In this document: in pieces, positions 11,651 to 22,000 of the stretch
Layout of the letters: each line of letters begins with the position of its first letter
Position numbering within the stretch: position 1 is the stretch's first letter
From: Klebsormidium nitens
Taxonomy: Eukaryota; Plantae; Klebsormidiophyceae
NCBI GenBank assembly: GCA_000708835.1
Contig: DF237169.1
Coordinates: forward strand, 62,001-126,000
DNA: 64,000 bases
Reading direction: 5' to 3'
Notes under the pieces: generated by a model
What the model saw: only the letters and a program-made list of their open reading frames with translations
The model's database searches: none
Told to the model about the DNA's origin: nothing
Made by a program: the position numbers and the translations under genes

Positions 11651-13064
11651 CGGTCTGTGTGTGAGGCCCCTCGGATCTCCCTGCGTGGGCCACAGCGGAC
11701 GAGACACGGGACATGCTTTACAAAAGAGAGTCTGCGGCTAACGGAGTTGTTTATCGCTCTAAAAGAATAGCGTTCCCTACCCGAAAATTGCGCGGCAAAA
11801 GGGGTCTAACCGAGCGCATCTTATTGCGCGGCCTCAGAAGGAGAAACCTTTGAGGTGTGCACTGTCCTTCAAGCTACGGGTCAATGACTCCGGTGGTCAA
11901 TTGTAGCCGGCAAGCGTGCAACATTTGCTTCGGTATTGAAAAAAAACGTTTCAAGCGCCTCGAGAAGCCTTCAAGTTCAATGATATGACCCCAAGCTTTG
12001 CAGAAACGGAGCACTCAGCACACTACACCGTAGTAACAGAGTGCCACATTCCGACCTGCTCCAGGATTGAAACGTGCCACTTCTTTGCGCCTTGCAGTGG
12101 CAGGAAAATGCTGATCTGACTCACGTCGACGACAAGACGGCCATGGGATCATGGAATGATGGCCGGATGCTCATTGCATGATGATTGCTGGTTCACCGTT
12201 GAGATCCCACAAATGCCGCCGGGATCATTTTTCCCGTCGATGAACAAAGTATGGAGTATCGGACGGCTCAAACCATGCCTACTCAAGCATATAACCGCAA
12301 AGAAACTTGCGGCCCAGACATGGTTTCTTTCATCCGCCGATCTACGCAGATTGATGATTGATCCCATGCTTCGGTACGGTGAGTACGGGCTTCATAATGT
12401 GATGTATGTATGTATTTCCAGATACCTGCCTAGTTCAACAGCCTCCTTGACGGAATGCCGCCGGACTAGGATAGATGTACATTATCAGCATCATGCATCG
12501 ACATTGCGTGCGCATTCAAGAATGCTAGTTTCATGGTCCATCGATGTAAGGACATGCATATGAAAGACTGACATGTCAACCCAAGCTACCACAGCTGGGC
12601 GGGGCTGGTAGTATGGTAGTGATTGCATGCGAAGTCCACCTCTGATGCAGCGCCAATGGACTGACCAGCAATTTGACCGACTGAGACCAGCGACACAAGG
12701 GTTCTTACACAGATCAAGGTTGATCAACTAACTTGTGCAACGCTTGCTATATGATAGGAGCTTCAAGCTTCGAATTCACAGCACTTTGGATTCCTTCTTC
12801 ATTGAAACCAACTGACGCTACCGTACATCGACCAACAGACCACATTCGACACAAGTGACTTGCGCTGCTTCTCAAAACTCTCTTTACATGCTATGCATCC
12901 AATTTAAAGGAACTTGGATCCTGCACCTCGTCGAACAGATTCACTTGGCAGGCCCGAGAGACAAACGTGGAGCGGACGGAACAATACCAAAGATGTTACA
13001 TAACCCCCGTCCCGAGACTTAAGAAAAGTACTACCGTACGGTCTCCATAGTGCCGTGTGCGATG

Positions 13065-16000
13065 CTAGTTTTGTGCCTCATCATCTCCTATGTCCGCCGA
13101 GCAACACGTGGCTCTTTTGGGCGAAAGGGCCTTCTTGTCCTTTCGCCGCTTTTGCCTTGCACCGTTGGACGTTGGCGAGCCGTTTACGGAGTCCCCACTA
13201 AAAGACGATGCGGGGCTAGTCCCAAACGTCTGCATCGGGCTGAGCGCTGCCTGTGCTTCCTGTACCTCCCTAGATGCGACCGCGGCAGCCGCCGTAAGCG
13301 GTGGGGGCTTGAGGGCAAACTGCAAACCAGACAGAAACCATCTTCAGAGACAGTCCTCAACGCCTGACTTCGAGGGAGTGATGATCCATAGAAAAGTTCA
13401 ACGGTGAAAACAATGCACGTGAGGTACTAATGTCAGAACCTCAGTGCTTCAAACTGACTCCCATTGTTCGTCCTCAATCCAGAATAAGCGACAGAAAAAC
13501 CAGACTCCTCCAGAAGTCCAACCCTCCGGTCAGCCGCCCACTTCCATTGCTCAGACTGCGAACGGCCATGATTTCCAAACGCAGAAGCGGCTGGAATCTC
13601 AAGTAAACACCTCCAACGAAGAAGCTCCCAGGAATGCCACCGACTCTGTACATGGCCCTGACTTTGGAGCGGCAGATCGAACCCTTTCGAAAAAGTCCGC
13701 TTGGGAAATCACCAAAGAGGACATCTCGATCTTCCGGAACCCGCTTTGGAGACCACACGAAAGGAACTACACTGCCTCGGTCGCTCGCTTACGTACTTTC
13801 ACTTGCCGTATTTAGACCACCCCTTATACCACTCAGATAAGCGGAGCCCGACGCCCTCCAAACTTCCTAACAAACATCCCAAAACTGCGGCGCAGCCCTG
13901 AATCTGCGGCACCTACCTGCATCGCCCAGATGGCCAGCGGCCGCATGTACGTCAGCGAACGGAAGCGGCCGTCGACGGTCCACGCCTCGGGCGTCTGAAA
14001 CCAGTAGCCGTGGTCGCACCAGCCGGCCTGGAAAACTTTCATCGGGTTAGTGAGTGGTAAGCCCAGTTTACAGAAACGGGCACGGGTGGGGTTAGTAAGG
14101 TGGTCAGGTTATCTGTGAGGGCGGGGTGCATGGACTTTTGAGTTCGAAAAAGTTGCTTGCAATCAGGTGACTGGACCGCTCAAATTCCGTGGCTGTCACA
14201 TCTAAAAGCAGGTCAGGCAGCCACGTTTGACATGGATATGCAAGCACGAAGCTATCTCTCAGATTATGGTGGTAGCACAAGAAAAGTACTGTTCGCTGGG
14301 CTGAACATACGTTGGACCGAACATTACCTGGAACACGCCCTCCGCTGTTTTGAACGCCTCCGCTGCCATGCCTTCGTACAGCATCGTCGCGGAGAGCGCA
14401 TACGTGACACCTGTCCACACCTCGCGGGACTGCATGCACGTGTCGTCGACCTGCAGAGAAAAGGAGGGCCCTGTGAGCGAACGGAGGCAGAAGTCGTAGC
14501 CCCCTGTCACCATGGCGGTTCGTACGCACGTCCAAAATCAAATAACCTCATCTATTCTGTTCTATTTGAAACGGCGGACATAGAAAAATTCAAGCACTGC
14601 AAACTCAGCACAAGAACACGTGGACATCAAACTAAGCGATGCTCCGTAAGGCGTATCCCAAAAACAGAGGCCCTCGGACCTTTAAAGTGAGGCAACGACT
14701 TGGATCAACGGGCCGTATTGAAATGGACTCGGCTAGACAAAAGCCTACCTTTCCGGACAGCTCCATTCCGTTGACGGCCCCCATCTTTCCGTTCCGGATC
14801 TTCATGACGTTGTACTCGAAAATGGTCCTGAGCGCGCTCTGCGCCTGGTAGTCGTGGAACAGGGGGGGCAGCCCGCATGCCCAAGCGTACCTGGGCAAGA
14901 AAGGACAAGCGCGTCAGCGTTGAGCGGATCGAGCGAGGCCTCAAGGTCACAGACTTTCCGACGAGTCTCTGAAAAGTGTTTCCTCAAGGTGCAGGCAGCA
15001 GATTGCCTTAAGGAACTCGACAAAAGCCGGTTAGGATAGGAAGCTTTTCACCTCTGGAACCAACTTGACGGATGTCGGGAAGACAGCTCTTGCGATTCGA
15101 TGTCGAAAGTCCTTACTGCCAAAGGAACGCCCCAGAACGTAACATCCGGAATCAGAGCAAGGAACAACTTTGAAGCAAACGCAAACGACACCGAGACTTC
15201 AAGGAGTCCTTACAGACCTTAATTAAGACGCCCCAGGAGCAAACGCCCTCTCTGTTTCACAAGCTGGGAAGTTCCTTTCAGCATCCCTGAATCTAACCAC
15301 ACAAGCCTCAGCTTCTGATTTCCAGAACCAAACCTAAACTCAAACCCAAAACGAAACCCCAAAATCCAAATTCAAACCTCAAACCTCAATGCCAAATCCG
15401 AACCCACCACTGCCCCGCTAGCTGGTCCGCCTGGATGGACGCGCTGTTGCTGCTGTCGCTCGCATCGTACTTGAAGTAGCGCCCGTTCCACAGAACCTGC
15501 TCGTACTTTGCGCTTCCCTTACGGAACATGGCGCGGTAGCAGCGAGCGGCTTCAAACTCGCCGAGAGCGTCGGCCATGCCCGCAGCGGCACGAAGGGCGG
15601 CGAGCCAAAGGCCCCCACAGTAGGCGCTGATGCCCTTAACGGACCTGTGGCGAGTAAGCGGAGTTGTGAGAAAACTATGCGGAGAAACGGAATTCAGTTG
15701 GCCAAGATCCGAGTCAGATCGTACTTGTTCTTTCTTGGACTGAAGTAAGGGTGAGATTCGAATAAACGGCCCTTGAAAGTACCTGCGAGTAACATACAAA
15801 CGAAACAAGGAGACTGGTGTACACGAGTATGCTCTGCAAAGGATTAGCCAGGGGTGTGATTGATAAGGCACAGCAGAAAAGCGCACAACTGGAAAACACT
15901 CTCAACCACAAAATCTGGTCAAAGTGGCAAAATTGAATCATCTTGAGACAAACTGGGACTGATTTGTTTGATGTAACAGGCATTGATCTGTGTACGGATT

Positions 16001-19000
16001 GGTTGTTCTGAATGTAATATACAAAGGGTTCGACATTGCAAATACCTGAAAGGCAAGAAAGCTTGCGTCAAAAAATGATGAACAGGATCTTGTGGGGGTG
16101 TCCAAGCGGACAGGTACCGACGCTGTTGGTCCATGACTTAATGGGAGGTTTGGTAGGAGCAGAACTCACTTTGAAAGTGCATGATCTGAAGAAAGTGATG
16201 GGTGCTTGCTAGATACAGCTAGTTTAAAGAGTTTCAATGGATAAAAACCGTGGCAAATCAGACTGCTTGAGCAATGTTGGGCTTTGAAGGATGGATATTT
16301 TGGCGGTGTGGGTATTTAGTGTGATTCGGTTGAATACAGTCGAGTTGTTTGTAAATGGCAATCGCTTGCGGAAAACAAAATGCGATAAGGCCGGTTGTGT
16401 CACTGAGTTGATGGGTTAACCAGATCAAATGTGACCTGCCAGGGGTTGAGTTGAGGTCTTCAGAGATGTGGTTAATCTGTCGAGGGCTGACGGAGTTGAG
16501 GAAGTTTAAAGCGAGGTGAGGGATCCTCGAAGTCTGATAGCCAATGAAGGTTGGGGATGATGGTGGTAGTTTATGCGGACTGAAAGCACTGGCAGGGGTA
16601 TGGGTTCGAATGTTCCGAAACATTGCCGAGTGGTTTGAGGGGGACATCTGGAATTGATATGGAGGGGAGAAGTTGAGGGTATCAAGATTCAAATATTCGA
16701 AGTCGTTGCCATGTGGTTTGCAAGATTGATCAAATATGAGGGGGAATACTTGAAGTTTTTGACATGGAGGGGGAGATGAGGGTTGTGGAAGGTTTGTGGG
16801 GCAGGGAAGAGTTGGGAGTGTTGGACATGGAGGGTGTAAGTAATCGTGAAAATGTGTTGAGAGTAGTGGAAGGTTGTGGGACAGGGAAGGGGGTGAGAGG
16901 TGAAGTGTTGGACGTGGAAGGTTGTGGGTCAGGGAAGGGGTTGAAAGTTGGAGGTGTGAATAATGTGGAAAATGGAGAGGGTGTTGTTGGGCAGGGGCCG
17001 CGCGAACGCGAGCCCCCGCTGCCACAAATTGTGCCGTGTAGACACCCCGTAGGGTGTTACTGGGATTCACCGCGACCGGAGTGCAATGGAAGCAGCTCGT
17101 CCCAGGCCATCCGCCTTCGTGATCACAGATTGACCCCGGCCAGGTAAGTGAAGAAACAGGGCCTGGGTCCGGGTTTATAAAGCGGTCGGGGAAACCGCCT
17201 GGTTGTGGGTGAATTTCACGAGAACTCCGACCGACCGATGGAATTCAGTCGGCCGATCGGACGGTCATCGACGATCGACGCGACTCCGGTCGCAAAATTC
17301 AAAATTCCGCGCGGTGGCCATTCTCCGAATTAAAGAGAGCGGAAGCTGACGAGCAGTTCACTTGTTCGCGGTCCAGCTACTTCTAAGGCCTAAGCGGCAC
17401 TGAATACTGACACCAGAAACTTGTACGTTTCGGTGTTATTCAGGCTCAGCTTAGGCTTTGAAATCAGCACAGAAAGCAGAGAAGACGACACAAGCAGAAG
17501 GATTCTGACACGCAAGACTGTTCTTGCCTCCTTGGGTGGATGGTATAGAAGCCCGAAGTCCCTTAAAAGAAGTGACTTTCAACAGAAGTACACATAATAG
17601 CTCACATGCAAAGCGATGCTCGCAAGATGAGTAAGGTTACAGAAAAGCTCAAAGTAAAAGCAATCCTCTCAACATGCAGACACCCCATTGCCTCCCTAGT
17701 AGAGATAGGTTCTCACCAGGTATCGTAGGTCTGGTCCGGGAAGCCCCCGTTCTCAATCAGGCCGTCCCCGTCGGTGTCGAACTGCATGCTGTACTCCATC
17801 GCGGAGCGCACCGCCTCCCAGCAGTCGCGCGCAAACTTCATGTCGCCGGTCGCCACAAAGTCGCGGTACACCTGCCAAATTACAGGGCCCTCTAATCAGT
17901 CTCAAGTTGCTACTAGGTTAAGCTTTCTGGAAATCGTGCTCTGTTTCATATGACAGGCACGCTGGGAAGCCTTCTGGTGGCAAAAGTGCCAATGGAGTCT
18001 CATCTGGTTACAGCATCAACTTGGAACGGGAGTCGCTTATGTTGGGTCTTAGTACGGAAGCCTTTCGCGGAAGTTCACATTGACGGGGACTAAAACAAGT
18101 TTCAGAAAAGGCAATAAAGACACCCTCGCCCAGCCGCCGACCTACAGCACGAACTTAAAGAGTCAATCTTCTTAATCAATCCCGAAGATGTGATCCAGCG
18201 AACCAAAAAACACCCGCTCCCTCCGCAGTAGGGAGGCGGCTGGAAATCCGCTAAAGAAGGACACCCACTGACCTGCAGCACGAGGTCCTTCCATCTAGAG
18301 TCCAAACTTTCGAGAAGGGTGATGCGTCAGAACATCTTTACGGGAGGAGCTGAAACGAGCTGAAGGGGACCCTCTTCCCGGTGCTCCACCCGGGATCATA
18401 CCCGGGGTCTAAATCTAGCTTAAGAAGGACCCCCCCGCCGCTGACCTGCAGCACGAACTTGGGGTTGAGGTCCTTCCACGTGGAGGTGTTGTGGATGTTG
18501 TACGCGTTGACGGCGACCCACGGGTTGTCGATGCCCAGGTCGTGCGGCACCGCGCCAGCCACCTTGCGCGGGCCGTAGTCGCCCTCGTGCAAGAACTTGA
18601 TGCGCTCTGGGATCTGTGTAGGAGAGAAAGTGGGGTTAAGAGAGGAGCAACCCTTCAAAAGACGGATTGTCGATCCAGAGACACCGCAGTCCAAAGCCAC
18701 CGCAATTCAGAGCCACCACAGTTCCTCTTACAAAGATGAATGTTGGTAAGGCCGCCAGACGCTCTGAATAGTCGGAGGGTTCCAGTGTCTTTTAAAGCCC
18801 ACTTAAAGAGGAATGTAAGCTCACTTGGAACCCAGGTCAAGCTGGAAGTCTCATCCGGACTGGGAACAATATTCAGAATCCCAAATGGCAAACCGAGTCG
18901 CTCAGACAGAAGACAACGCAACTGTAACAAGCGGACGTGCAGAAAGCTCGTCTGTCCAAGCATTTCCTTCCTGACACAGCAATCCGTAGGCTGCAGGACT

Positions 19001-22000
19001 TCGGCTGGGGAGGCCTTTTCCGGATTTCGAGGCCACGTGCCTGCTGCCATCAGGTGAAGAGAACAAGCGTGGTTTTCCAGAATCCACCAACAAAACAATA
19101 AACTTCAAGCTCAGTAATCTCAGATGACGTCATCGGGGCGCATTCTCACCTCCATCATGGTTGCCTCCGCAAAGTCGCGCTGCAGGCTGAGCTCCAGCTT
19201 GGGGAACAGGCTCAGCAGCGCGAAGCTGGCGTAGAAGTGGACGTCATACGTGTTCCACATGACGTACTCCACGCCCTCCAGGTACAGGAACTGCCCGACG
19301 CCGTAGTGCGTGTCGACGAACGGCTCCGTCTCGGGTACTGTTAGCACCGGCTCGATGCCTGCGGAGGAAGATAGTTTTAGACACAAGGGTCTGGAATAAC
19401 GAAGAAACAAGATGACCAGTTTTCGCAAGCAGCGATACATCTTCCGTAGCGGTACATTCGAGTGTCTACGAACGGCTTTGCCGTTACCTTGTGCCGGCGT
19501 TCTTGGTGCTGATGCCCAAAAGTGTGGGCTGCTTGCGTCAGAAACAAATCAAAAGTGTCGCGCGATCACTGGAATTCTGAAGTCAATAGCGAGACGAACT
19601 TCACAGCTGCATATTGTCCGGGCGGCCTATCTACATAGATTGTAAAGAGGGGGAATAACACTCGGGGAAGGTAATCAAACTGCATACTTACATCAGCAGG
19701 ATATCCAATTGACAGAAACGAGATTGTTGCGGCAAGAGGGTGCAAAAGATGGACTGCTGGACGTGCAGTCTCTCTTGCATCTGTCGCGCGAGCCTTACCT
19801 ACGGCCCCCTCCCCATCGCCCAAATCATCCCCCAAGCCAATTGCAGCGCCGCTGGCATCTATCCGCACCGGTAAAGACGCCGCCGGAGCTTTCCCCCTTG
19901 GCCGAAGCTGCGCAGTCCCTTCCGCAGCATGCGCACTCGACGGAGCAACCCTCAGGCCCTCCCCAACCTGCTCACTCCCGCCGCCCAAAGGCGCCTCTCC
20001 CCTATCAGTTTCCGCACCAGTCGTCCCCGGATCTCTGTGGCTCTCGTCAAGCCCGTTTCCCTCTTCCGAGCTTTCGTCCTGACTACCAACCGAAGCTACC
20101 GACCCGTGCGCACTGAACATCCGCTGGCTGCCCAAACCTGCGTCCCGCAAGGCGCCGTCGTTCTCTTCCAGCGACGTGCCCGGTTCCGCCCCCCGCCCTC
20201 CGTTCCGTTCCGTTTCTCCAGCTTTCCGTTCCGCCCCACCCTCCTGCTCCGCCCACTCTTCCAAACTCACCGCCCCCAACCTAGAGACCGTCCCGGGAGG
20301 ACTCAGCGTTTTTCCCGACGCCCCATTTTTCAGCGGCGACAAACTGGGCGCCACCCCGTCCCTTTCTTCCACCTTGCCCAGCCAGCTACTTGTCCGTAGC
20401 AGCCCCGCTAACCCCCGCCCGCTGCTAGTTCTGCCAACTTCCGCGCCGAGGGATCCCCCTTCGGCCCCGTCCGAAACCTGGTCCAGGCTGAACGAGCGCC
20501 GAATGGGCTCTACCGGGGTGCGCCCCTCTTTGTGCCGGTGCCCCCGGTGCTTCGCTTTGGGCGTCCGTTTCTTTGCGGACGGGCTCGTGGTGGGGCTGCG
20601 GACGGGGGAGGTGGACGGAGTTGGGTCCGAATCGATGGCGTCCGAGAGAACCACGTCCGTGAGCTTCATCAGCACCTGCCAATATCAACCAAGACATGAA
20701 TCTTGTTTTCAGCTTCCTCGAGTGTTTGGCAGCACGATCAGACACTCTGCCTTTTGCTCTTTGTCAGTCCAAACTGTTCCGTCCTATTTTTTTAAATCAA
20801 CGTCTTTCGTCTCGTTCGTTTGAGTATGAGAGGAAACGCAAAAGAAGAAACAAGCTTATGCGACACGCGACTCTGAAACTTCTTGCTACAAGTGTGCCGC
20901 TTGTCAATAAGCACAGCATCCAAACCATGAACTTTTGGAAGGTCTGACGTAACGTACTTCAAACTCGAGGCCTCTGAGTTCACGAGACAAAGACAAACCT
21001 AAGCAATGTCTCCTGCTTACCCTGGTCTTGAAGGGCACTTCTTTTCGAGGCGCCGCCAGCGCCTGGTGCTCTTGAGTGACCTCCCGCCCATTTTCCGCTC
21101 CTTCCCGGATCTTCGGAGTCCCGTCTGCAACCAACAAAGTTGCTCTTTGTCTATTTATATGCATATATTGCCTGGAAAAGAACCCCCGCCCCGAAACTCC
21201 AAACGCCGGCACTGAAATAGTGAAACCTCTGTAGAAGAACTTTGACTGGACAAAAACACAGAGGAGAGCGACTGAGCTCGGCCTTCGTCTGCGGATCTCA
21301 AGCACAACATAATATCTCGAGCACACGAAGAAATACTGGCCTAGCCTTACGAGCCTGCTAAAAGCTTCCTGCTCATGCAGAAAAACATAAGCAGGACATC
21401 CCCTTCTTCAGGATTCACTCCACTCCTGCTTGCTAAGCTGACGTTTCATATGTTCATTCCTCACCGGTCCAAACCGTCCCTCCGGAAACCAGGTAGTACA
21501 GCTCGTTGAACAATGTGATCCGGTACCACTCCGGTACCGTGTCGTCGTCAATGATGGGCTTCTGCCACTCCTCGATGGCAGCCTCCCAGCTCCGATGATC
21601 TGCACGAGGTAAGATTGCTTTCGGCAGGTGAACACCCACTGTAGAGGTCTAATACCTACAGGGAACAGACAAGAAACTTCATCAAAGCGGTATGCAAAAG
21701 AAAGACTGCAGGATCTTCAGCTCTCTCTCTCTCGTGCGGATTGGTCCAGAAGACGTTGAAGCCGAGTGCCCATTGGTTCAGAAGACATTAAAACCTACTT
21801 CGCATCACTCGAGGCTGCTGCCGCTTAGGAAGAAAAACCCTTTCCTGACGCAGAAAAGCTGTTGGAACTCAAGAGGAAGAGTACTGATGCCCGCAAGCAA
21901 CGACTTACTGAGGATAGCATGGTGCACCAACTTCGGAGCTGCGTTGCCTGCCCGTCCGAAAAACTGGGTGTACCGCCTGCATAACCGCCAGTCGCTTTCA

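Noticed and set aside
11610-11714. 34-aa upstream ORF overlapping the presumed start of the CaaX gene
   Set aside because: The true start and 5' exon structure are unknown, so it cannot be called a uORF.
16258-17070. 270-aa minus-strand ORF in the GBA2 intron
   Set aside because: Its 5' part overlaps the U1 snRNA and the rest is a C/T-skewed low-complexity tract that avoids stops by composition. No catalytic motif is present.
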